IMG/VR virus record: IMGVR_UViG_3300031993_000004
Span: 64,001 to 128,000 of that record
Strand: one strand, 5' to 3'
DNA length: 64,000 nucleotides
Source: a virus
Lineage: Duplodnaviria; Caudoviricetes
In this document: positions 49,218 through 57,742 of the stretch, piece by piece
How the letters are laid out: each line of letters begins with the position of its first letter
How positions within the stretch are numbered: position 1 is the stretch's first letter
Notes under the pieces: generated by a model
Seen by the model: the letters and a program-made list of their open reading frames with translations, nothing else
What the model was told of the DNA's origin: nothing
Database searches by the model: none
Made by a program: the position numbers and the translations under genes

Positions 49218-50937
49218 CATGATTGCAGAAGAGCTGGGTTATCAGAAGCATTTCGATTTTACCCAGTACTCGCACGACAACAACGTGAATGTTATCCCCG
49301 AACAGGACTTCAAACGTCTTGTCGCAGATACATTCAGATGCATTGCGGATAACCTGCGGAACACGTATGGACCGTACGCATCATCTGTTCTGATTTCTGA
49401 TCAGAGCGAGACATATGCAACCAAGGATGGTTACAATGTCTTCAATGCCATCGGGTTCTCCCATACGTACAAGAACATGGTATATCTGGCAATCAAGAAG
49501 ATCATTGACCGCGTCAATCATAACGTCGGCGATGGTACGACTTCGTGTATTCTGCTTGCAGAGAAACTGTTCAACGAGTTGAATCATGCTCTGAAAACAG
49601 TTGATGACAAGCGGAACATCATGGACGTGTTGTCCAATATTGAGAAAGACCTTTTGAATGAACTGGTCATTGCACAGGACCGTACAGAAGGAATGATCAA
49701 GCCGCTGACAAAGGAATCTCTCGAGGGTCTTATCCGTGTTGCCAGTAACTATGATTCCGAATTGACCCATATGATTATGGATGCATTGAGCCCGACATAT
49801 GACGAAGACGGAAACGTTACAACGATCCGTAATATCATTGTTGATTCTGCTCTGGTTGACGACAGTGATACACTGACATATGATGTTGATTTTCTCCCTG
49901 GAGACTATCGCATTCGTGTTGAAATGGATCAGACGTTTGCGCTTACGTTTATGGAACCGCGGCCTGTCCGTGTTGCACTGTATGATCACCAGTTCGGTGC
50001 AGATGACTGGAATTTCTTCATGAAAAACTATGACAAGGTCACTGAAACTGTCATTATTGCAAGAGACTTCAGTCGTTCGTTCCTTGATCATGAGTTCTAC
50101 AAGTACTGCCGTGATCTTGCAGTGGTGAAGCAGCCGTGTCCAATTATCTTTGTAAAAATCAAAGGCGAATATGTTCGCGACGAAATCAAGGATCTCGGTG
50201 CAGTTCTTGGATTCGAACCAATCGGACTGTATGCAAAATCAGTTGATCATACTACGCTGCCGGTAAAGAACATTCAGGTTTTCAAAGGAAACTGCATGTG
50301 CTTTGATATGCCGAATCCACCGCTTGATTACATCGAGACCGTTAAGGCTGATGCAAAGGCAGATCTCAGTAAGAGCCTGACCAAGCCGCAATGGTACAGA
50401 GACAGAATCAGAGCTTTGTCCAATACGGCCAAGGACACGCTCATCGTCGTGAATGCTACTTCGTCTCTCGAAAGAAAGATGGTTGCAGATAAGATCGATG
50501 ACTGTATCTCCATCGTAAACTCTGCGATGACATACGGTGTTATCCCGAATCTGTTTGCGTATGGTCATTATCGCATTGGCGATTTCCATCCTACCGAACA
50601 CAAAGATCTTTCCGAAGCTGCACAGAATGCGATCATGCGTTCTATTGAAGGTCTTCTCAGAGACATCTGGGAATCCAAGCATGGTGCAGATTACGAGTCG
50701 AAGTGTAACACAATCATCAAGACGATGTATGCTGATGATGATACATACGAATCATTCGATATCATCAAAGAACGCTTCGTTCCGATCGACAAGATTCCGA
50801 CATCTGCACAGTACGATCTCGAGGTGATCGCCGCAGCAATCTCCATTGTGAAGTATTTGCTGACTGGACGTGCGTTGATCTTTGATGCGTTCATCATGAA
50901 GAAAGTTGATGACACCGGTTCTTATTCAAGGAATTAA
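49210..50937 (+). CDS. groEL: phage GroEL-like chaperonin
   Basis: TYGPY, TKDGY, VGDGTTSC motifs; start moved to ATG 49210 after AAGGAGG. Confidence 0.88.
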   Translation: MNDMIAEELGYQKHFDFTQYSHDNNVNVIPEQDFKRLVADTFRCIADNLRNTYGPYASSVLISDQSETYATKDGYNVFNAIGFSHTYKNMVYLAIKKIIDRVNHNVGDGTTSCILLAEKLFNELNHALKTVDDKRNIMDVLSNIEKDLLNELVIAQDRTEGMIKPLTKESLEGLIRVASNYDSELTHMIMDALSPTYDEDGNVTTIRNIIVDSALVDDSDTLTYDVDFLPGDYRIRVEMDQTFALTFMEPRPVRVALYDHQFGADDWNFFMKNYDKVTETVIIARDFSRSFLDHEFYKYCRDLAVVKQPCPIIFVKIKGEYVRDEIKDLGAVLGFEPIGLYAKSVDHTTLPVKNIQVFKGNCMCFDMPNPPLDYIETVKADAKADLSKSLTKPQWYRDRIRALSNTAKDTLIVVNATSSLERKMVADKIDDCISIVNSAMTYGVIPNLFAYGHYRIGDFHPTEHKDLSEAAQNAIMRSIEGLLRDIWESKHGADYESKCNTIIKTMYADDDTYESFDIIKERFVPIDKIPTSAQYDLEVIAAAISIVKYLLTGRALIFDAFIMKKVDDTGSYSRN

Positions 50938-51051
50938 TTTTTTCTTCGAAGATATATCATTATGCGGATATGAGGGGGCTTCATGCCCCCTCGATCTAAT
51001 TTTTGGACCCCGAGAACCGAAATATACAAAATTTGATTAGGCGGTGATGAT

Positions 51052-52542
51052 GTGAAAACATTAAAACCATCGATGTGGAAAAACATCGCGTCGATATTGT
51101 TGTCCAATCATGATGAATGGAAGACATCTAAAAATATGATTCTGTTTGCACGTGCTGTGAGTACCTACCCGAGCAAATCAGAATACTATCTGACGTGTGA
51201 ACGTGTGATTCATTATATGGAACAGAACATCCTGTCAGTTCCAATGATCATTGAGACCATGAGAAATGAGGGTGAGACGGACGATGTATTGGAAGTTGCT
51301 GAATTGCTGAGTCAGCAACCTACCATCAAAACACTTGCAGAGGTGCAGCGTCTTTGTACGGTGTTGGCAGACTATGTGAAATATGCAAAGATCTTGAAAG
51401 TCAAGGAGTCTTTTCTGAAGACACTTGATATGATTGATGAAGATGATGCCAACATCAAAACGACAGTTGATACTCTGTATCGTATATCAAATGAGATTGT
51501 GACTGCGTATAACTCAGCAGCATTCACACAAGCAACGTGTTCATTTGATTCTGACAATGCTGAAGAAATGAGAAACGGTATTGCAGAAGCAAAAGATGCA
51601 CGCTCGTCAGATAAGACAATCATCACAGGTATTCGTGGTTTGAATAATCTTTTGTCACCAGGATATCTGTCTGGATGTTTATACATATATGCGGCATTGC
51701 CCGGTTGTTACAAAAGCGGTATTCTGTTACAATCGCATATTGACACCTGTAAATACAATGAGCATATCAAGCATACAACAAATGGAAAGACACCGATCTC
51801 TATCTATATCTCGATGGAGAATACGATGGCACAGACCATTCGTCGTGTATGGTCATTGTTATTCCCGACTGCAGACTTGTCAATGTTCACTGTCGATGAA
51901 GCGATGGAGATGATCAATCGCGAGCTCACGACAAAAGGATTCCGTTCTGTTATTCTGTATTATGGATATCGCGAGAAATCCACTGCAGATCTGTATGATA
52001 TCATTCGTGGTTATAATGATGACAACCATCAGGTCGTCGCATTGTTCTTGGATTACATCAAGCGTATTCGTTCTGCACGTACTGATGCAGCAGCAACAAA
52101 TTCTGAAAAGTCTGAGCTTCATGCGATTATGAATGAGCTGAAGACGATTGCATCACAATTTGACATTCCTGTTGTATCTGGTCACCAGCTGAACAGAGCC
52201 GCAGCATCTGCAGTCGATACTGTTGTTGCATCTGGTGGATATGCAAAGACATCTGAAGTTCTTGGAAGATCACAGATTTCTGTTGCATGGGAAATCATGG
52301 AAGTTGCTGACTGGCTGTCGGTCATGAACATTGAGAATGACGGCGAGAACAAGATGCTGATGATCAAGGCTGTTAAACAGAGAGATCTTGATAGTAAGTC
52401 TGATGTTCAAATCACAGCAATCAGACATCCGTTCTTGTCACCAGATTCGTTCGCATTGCGTCAGGACATCATGGAGAATTGCTCGATTTCGACACCAATC
52501 TATACGGGCAAACACCAGCTGAATTATATGGCGAATATTTAA
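51052..52542 (+). CDS. DnaB-like replicative helicase
   Basis: Walker A AALPGCYKSG, YISMEN, FLDYIKRI, GHQLNR. Confidence 0.85.
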   Translation: MKTLKPSMWKNIASILLSNHDEWKTSKNMILFARAVSTYPSKSEYYLTCERVIHYMEQNILSVPMIIETMRNEGETDDVLEVAELLSQQPTIKTLAEVQRLCTVLADYVKYAKILKVKESFLKTLDMIDEDDANIKTTVDTLYRISNEIVTAYNSAAFTQATCSFDSDNAEEMRNGIAEAKDARSSDKTIITGIRGLNNLLSPGYLSGCLYIYAALPGCYKSGILLQSHIDTCKYNEHIKHTTNGKTPISIYISMENTMAQTIRRVWSLLFPTADLSMFTVDEAMEMINRELTTKGFRSVILYYGYREKSTADLYDIIRGYNDDNHQVVALFLDYIKRIRSARTDAAATNSEKSELHAIMNELKTIASQFDIPVVSGHQLNRAAASAVDTVVASGGYAKTSEVLGRSQISVAWEIMEVADWLSVMNIENDGENKMLMIKAVKQRDLDSKSDVQITAIRHPFLSPDSFALRQDIMENCSISTPIYTGKHQLNYMANI

Positions 52543-52631
52543 TTATTTTTCGCACATATATAATTTATCGGATTACGGGTGACACTCTGTTACTCCGTGA
52601 TTGAGAAAATCTTTAAGGAGGATTTAGCATC

Positions 52632-53261
52632 ATGATTGAGCAGTATCAATCACACATTCTCAAACCTGCTGAAGTGGTCGATTATTCCGCTGAATTGATC
52701 CACGGTTTGAGACCCGAGACCATCCAGAATGAACCACTGATTGGTTTCAAGGTGCTGGTCAGAGACACGAACGCGCATATCACTTCTCCTGCAGCGAGAT
52801 TCCAGTTTCTGGAAACGAATCTTGGATTCCTGCAGAACAGTGGTTGTATCCTTCGTGAGAGCCAGCCGAATGAAGCTCTCGATGGATTCTGGGTAATCAC
52901 ATTCCCGGTACCGCAGTCCAACCTCTCAACTCAGATTATGAATCTGACGAGAATCCTGGATTGCCTCACAGCATCGTTCGGTATCATTCCGGCAAATGTT
53001 GTTGAGATTTCGGTGTCGGGACGTTGTGGTATCGGCGAAACTGAATGGCGTTTGGCGAACATCAATCTTCCGATGAATCTTCGTCAGGGTCTGGTTGAGC
53101 CGACCAACACTCCGTATAAATTGGGACACCTCATCAGAATCAATGATGATTTCGCGATTCTTCGCACCATGTGGGATTGGCGGATTTGTGGTTCTACCAC
53201 GAATTCCCACCTGAGCGATTTGCTCGTGATTCCTCAGCTGCTCTGTGGGATGTTCCATTAA
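52632..53261 (+). CDS. hypothetical protein
   Basis: 209 aa, AAGGAGG RBS, promoter-like motif ~52555. Confidence 0.7.
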   Translation: MIEQYQSHILKPAEVVDYSAELIHGLRPETIQNEPLIGFKVLVRDTNAHITSPAARFQFLETNLGFLQNSGCILRESQPNEALDGFWVITFPVPQSNLSTQIMNLTRILDCLTASFGIIPANVVEISVSGRCGIGETEWRLANINLPMNLRQGLVEPTNTPYKLGHLIRINDDFAILRTMWDWRICGSTTNSHLSDLLVIPQLLCGMFH

Positions 53262-53283
53262 AAATCCAAAGGAGGAAACACAT

Positions 53284-53985
53284 ATGTCCATCTTCAACGT
53301 TAACCCCGATCCCGATTGGCCGGTACTGACCGGACCCGGCTTTGTCCAGGCGACGTATCAGCCGTACAATCAGCCGATGGGTGCTCCGTCTTACTATTAC
53401 AATGGTATGACGGTGGTTCCCACAACTCCGCAGGTCGGTATGCAGCCGGATTCTCGCAGATATGATACACAGCCTCCTGCGTATCAGCAGACTGCGATGT
53501 TCCAGCAGCCTGTTGCACAGCAGCCGCAGACATTCGGCTTCAATCAGCTTGCAGAGAGCAGACGGACTCAGACCACAGCTCCTACAGCAGTGAATCCGTG
53601 GGCAGTCCAGCCGGTACAGCAGGCACAGGCTGTGATGCAGCCTGTATTCCAGCAGCCGGTATATCAGCAGTTCGTTCCGCAGACACAGGTGACGACTGTT
53701 TCGTATCCGGTCACGTTCAGTGCAGGTGGTCCGTATGCAGCGCTGAGCGCATGCCATCCGATGATCAATAAGAAAAATGCATGGGGTGAGCAGCAGGTGT
53801 ACAATCCGACTCCGGCTCCGGTGATCAACTGGGCAAACGTCGGTGTTCAGACCGCGCCGCAGCAGTGCACCTATGCACTTCAGCCGATGGCACAGCAGCC
53901 GCAGATGACATATCCGCAGCCGGTATTCCAGCAGCCGGTGCAGCAGAGCTGGGAGGAGTTGGCAAAACAGAACTTCTGCAAGTGA
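53284..53985 (+). CDS. Gln/Pro-rich low-complexity protein
   Basis: Repeated FQQPV motifs; start moved to ATG 53284 after AAGGAGG. Confidence 0.7.
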   Translation: MSIFNVNPDPDWPVLTGPGFVQATYQPYNQPMGAPSYYYNGMTVVPTTPQVGMQPDSRRYDTQPPAYQQTAMFQQPVAQQPQTFGFNQLAESRRTQTTAPTAVNPWAVQPVQQAQAVMQPVFQQPVYQQFVPQTQVTTVSYPVTFSAGGPYAALSACHPMINKKNAWGEQQVYNPTPAPVINWANVGVQTAPQQCTYALQPMAQQPQMTYPQPVFQQPVQQSWEELAKQNFCK

Positions 53986-53996
53986 GGTGAATGTGA

Positions 53997-54827
53997 ATGA
54001 TCGTGGAATATCGGTCACGAATATTACAGCTTCCTCAAGAAGTTCGAGAAGGCTTGGCGGAGGTGTCATATCAAATCGGTATGACGCCTTCCGCAAGACG
54101 GGAAAGATGCATAAATGTCTTAAAGGAGCACAATATTCCGTTCAAAGATATTGGCACGGGGACGAATCGGTTCATCATTCGTTATGATGGTTTTGCGTTA
54201 AAGATCGCATTGGATGCCGAGGGTATTGCTGACAATAAACAAGAATGGGTTATGAGTTCTAAACTGGCACCGGATGTTGCGCCAGCACATGATATTAGTG
54301 ATGGAGGCCACCTTTTGGTGGCCTCTTATGCACCCGCCTTTTCGAATTATCAGGAATTTATTTCATTCCGTCCGCAAATCGTTGCCATTCTTCGGAAGTG
54401 GTCAACACGATATTTGTTGGGCGATGTCGGAATCACGCGCATTAATTATGCAAACTGGGGTATGCTGGGTAACAGACCAGTGTGTATCGATTATGCGTAT
54501 ATATTCCCAGTATCGATGGATGTATTCACATGTGTTTGTGGATGTAAGGAAATGACGTTCACAGATGAATCGTATACGGAATACAAGTGTAGTAATCCCG
54601 AGTGTGGTCTCACGTATACTGATAGAGATTTGCGTTCCAAGATCTCTCAAAAGGAACGATTTGATCTGTTCAAAAACGTGTCTGAAAATGCGGTGAGGAT
54701 GACATCAGCAACACAGCAGATGGAAGTCGATGATTATTTGGTGTCGAAAGCAAATGATCCCGACATGCCAGATCCTGTTGAGGTCATCACACAGGCAAAC
54801 AATCACTGGGGTTATCCAAAACTTTAA
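53997..54827 (+). CDS. protein kinase-like protein with C-terminal zinc finger
   Basis: IGTGTNR (Gly loop), ALKIA, E in DNKQE, GDVG..NYANWG, CIDYAY; CVCGC...CSNPEC. Confidence 0.7.
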   Translation: MIVEYRSRILQLPQEVREGLAEVSYQIGMTPSARRERCINVLKEHNIPFKDIGTGTNRFIIRYDGFALKIALDAEGIADNKQEWVMSSKLAPDVAPAHDISDGGHLLVASYAPAFSNYQEFISFRPQIVAILRKWSTRYLLGDVGITRINYANWGMLGNRPVCIDYAYIFPVSMDVFTCVCGCKEMTFTDESYTEYKCSNPECGLTYTDRDLRSKISQKERFDLFKNVSENAVRMTSATQQMEVDDYLVSKANDPDMPDPVEVITQANNHWGYPKL

Positions 54828-54844
54828 TCGAAAGGAGTACCAAA

Positions 54845-55468
54845 ATGCTGTATACACATGTAATCAAAACTGCTGGGGGAGTTGCGAGTGCCCCCAGCAA
54901 AGAATCTCCGTCAGAATTGGTTACATTGCTTCGCCAGTTGGCAGCAAAGAACGATACCCCGATGCCAAAGGTCGTTGCAGAATCAATCCGCACGGATTAT
55001 GATGTTCGGCTGATTCTGGAGTACGCGATGGAATTCCAGAAAAAGTATTTCCCGAAAACTCCATTGGCAAAGGATCTTGTGAAGCAGTTCATTTACAATG
55101 TTCCTGACAATGTTATGGCTGGAATCCGGTATGCACAAAACCATCCCGAGTTGGCAGATATCCTGAATCCGGTCATCTTCCTGTATCCGTTGTTGATGGT
55201 CAATCCGTCTGATTCAAATGGTGTGTTCTTGATGCAACTGAAAGAACTTTTCGATGGCAGTCGCGAAGCTATTGAAAAGGATGTCACAGATTTCATCAAC
55301 TTCCAAAATGAATCTAACGACGATATTGTTCCGGACATCACAGAACCAGCAGCCGAGGAAGACGTTGACGAATACGATGAACCGGCAGAAGAACTGACAG
55401 ACTATGAGCCGGACGGCGACCCGGATGATGAAAGTGACGAATTGGAGGACATGATTTATGGCGAATAA
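54845..55468 (+). CDS. hypothetical protein with acidic C-terminus
   Basis: 207 aa, AAAGGAG RBS. Confidence 0.7.
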   Translation: MLYTHVIKTAGGVASAPSKESPSELVTLLRQLAAKNDTPMPKVVAESIRTDYDVRLILEYAMEFQKKYFPKTPLAKDLVKQFIYNVPDNVMAGIRYAQNHPELADILNPVIFLYPLLMVNPSDSNGVFLMQLKELFDGSREAIEKDVTDFINFQNESNDDIVPDITEPAAEEDVDEYDEPAEELTDYEPDGDPDDESDELEDMIYGE

Positions 55469-56699
55469 TGACGCAAAAGATATCAAGTTTACCGGAGACC
55501 CCGTTGCATTTGACGGGGTTGAAGGTAAACGTGATCCTAAAACTGGAAAAGGTCGTTTTGATCTGATTCCAGAAGAAGTGTATCCCGTGATCTTTGATCA
55601 AATCGATCAGTTCAATGGTCTTCCCGGAAGAGATGTGTGTTATGATCCGATGCTGATATACCATAATATTGCTAAGGAAAACTGGGTCTATGCCATTATC
55701 CAAATGACAATATATGGATATCGTGATGAGAGACCTCCGGTCGATAGTAACGCCAATTGTCTTTGGTTGTGCCCACCGAAAGAGATCATTGGCTGTTTCT
55801 GGAAAATGCTGCAAGATTTAGCAATTCATTTCCAGAAGGGCGCGGAGCACTACGGTGAAAGGAATTGCCAAAGAGGGATCCCGCTGTGGAGCTTCAAGGA
55901 TTCTGCGTTGCGCCATGCAACACAGACATTCTCTGGTAAGACTGATGAACCGCATCTGATTTCAGTCATCTGGAATTGCTGGATGGCAGAATGGACAGTT
56001 CTCAATGACGAAGCCAAGACTTCATCCGTTCCGACTACAAAAGAAGAAATCAGTAATGTTCTGGAAAAATACGGGATTTCAGTTTGCGATATTCCGGATG
56101 AGGAGATGCAGGAGAAGATTGCTGCGATTGATATATGTATCAATGATTTCTTAGCAACAGTCAAAGCCAACGAAGGAAATGGACCGGTAATGAGAAGAGA
56201 GTTCTTCCGTGTATTTAAGGAGGATATCCTCAATATTCCGAATAACGTGGGATTTGGGCTCGTGTTTAAGAGATTGACTGAACGGATTCTGGAACCGAAC
56301 ATATCTGGCACTCGTCGTTTATATCTGAAATATTTGCAAGATTATGTCAATAATCTTGACACTGACGAGGATGCGATCTTCGAAAGCATGGATGACGAGC
56401 TGATGATAACCAGAACCGATTCTCCATACGATAGAATCGATGGCTTGCTCACAGATCTCGTCATGAGTGGTCCACACAATAACCACAACAAGGAATATAC
56501 CACTCAAGAGTTCATCAATACATTTATCTCAGATACATTAAGCGGACATGTTTCATTACAACTTGCAAGAAAACGTACTAAGGAACGAATGAAGACATAT
56601 CCAGAAGGATCTGTGCAATATTCTAAATTACAGACTGTCGTTGACGCATTGAATCGTCGGATCAATCTTGATTCTTACGAAGAATCTATTAATAAATGA
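55458..56699 (+). CDS. DUF5664-type dATP/dGTP diphosphohydrolase domain protein with C-terminal extension
   Basis: RDPKTGKGRFDLIP...HFQKGAEHYGERNCQRGIP...DSALRH...DEPHLISVIWN. Confidence 0.7.
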   Translation: MANNDAKDIKFTGDPVAFDGVEGKRDPKTGKGRFDLIPEEVYPVIFDQIDQFNGLPGRDVCYDPMLIYHNIAKENWVYAIIQMTIYGYRDERPPVDSNANCLWLCPPKEIIGCFWKMLQDLAIHFQKGAEHYGERNCQRGIPLWSFKDSALRHATQTFSGKTDEPHLISVIWNCWMAEWTVLNDEAKTSSVPTTKEEISNVLEKYGISVCDIPDEEMQEKIAAIDICINDFLATVKANEGNGPVMRREFFRVFKEDILNIPNNVGFGLVFKRLTERILEPNISGTRRLYLKYLQDYVNNLDTDEDAIFESMDDELMITRTDSPYDRIDGLLTDLVMSGPHNNHNKEYTTQEFINTFISDTLSGHVSLQLARKRTKERMKTYPEGSVQYSKLQTVVDALNRRINLDSYEESINK

Positions 56700-56733
56700 G
56701 ATATATATCATTAATCCGAAAGGAGATGGTATA

Positions 56734-57657
56734 ATGATTTTATGTTCTCGACGTGTATTCCTGAATGTTGTCACCCAGCTATATGACCTGCACACACTGA
56801 TCAATGCAAACTATTTTCTGGTGGATCAGATTAAGCCAACCGGTATGGCGTCATTCCTTGATGAACCTAAGATCGGCATGAGTGGAGAACTTACGTTTGC
56901 TCCGAGTTTGGATTTCAATGATGAACCAAAGCAAGCATTCTATAAGTACTTTATCCACTATTCGAAGGTCTTGGATATGGCACCATATTTCTCGGTGGTA
57001 TCCGCGTCCGGAATAAACGATTATACACCACCAATAGAACGCGTGATCAGACAGTTGAATGATCCGGAACGTCAAGCTTCGATTTATCAGGAGCTGTTTC
57101 AGACGAAGTTACAGGGAAATGGTCTGCAGTTTGTGATCATTGCATCAGATATCGCAGCTCAGGAGTGTGGTCATGTTATATGCACATTCTTGGCATCTGA
57201 ATTTGGTGCAGATATTACATTCGTTGATCCGGCATATCGTCCGAAGACGAAAGGTCAACTGCAATATGTTGGAGACAAGATTCGCGGTGAACAACACATT
57301 CACGAACTTCGTGATATGATATTCTGTATGTCCGTCCAGTCGGCACTTGATAGTGCTAAGTTTGGAAATGGATTGATGAATCTGGAAGCGTACTTCGACA
57401 ATGATGCGTTCACAATCGAAGATATGTTCCATGCGTATCACCTGTTGTTCCCAAATGATCGTCTTCCGCCTGGGGAATACACGATTCCTCATATGAAGAA
57501 AATGATTATCGGCAGATTGTTGGATTCGACTGGAAAGAGTAATGAATTCAAGATTGCGAAAGATCTCGGTGTTGACTTCTATGCGTATGACAACATGATT
57601 GACCAATATACCGATAGTCTGACGACACCGGAGGAAGACTTTTCAGGATACTCATGA
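56734..57657 (+). CDS. hypothetical protein
   Basis: Start moved to ATG 56734; promoter motif 56701-56713; terminator 57660-57698. Confidence 0.7.
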   Translation: MILCSRRVFLNVVTQLYDLHTLINANYFLVDQIKPTGMASFLDEPKIGMSGELTFAPSLDFNDEPKQAFYKYFIHYSKVLDMAPYFSVVSASGINDYTPPIERVIRQLNDPERQASIYQELFQTKLQGNGLQFVIIASDIAAQECGHVICTFLASEFGADITFVDPAYRPKTKGQLQYVGDKIRGEQHIHELRDMIFCMSVQSALDSAKFGNGLMNLEAYFDNDAFTIEDMFHAYHLLFPNDRLPPGEYTIPHMKKMIIGRLLDSTGKSNEFKIAKDLGVDFYAYDNMIDQYTDSLTTPEEDFSGYS

Positions 57658-57742
57658 TGAAGATGGGGGCAAATCGCCCCCATCTTTCTTTTTTCTTTGA
57701 AAACGAATTCGTAATACTTTTACGAAAGGAGCTGTCTCTGTT

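Noticed and set aside
53194-54096. 300-aa minus-strand ORF (also 45158-45832)
   Set aside because: Antisense to Gln/Pro-rich genes whose CAG/CCG codons leave the opposite frame open
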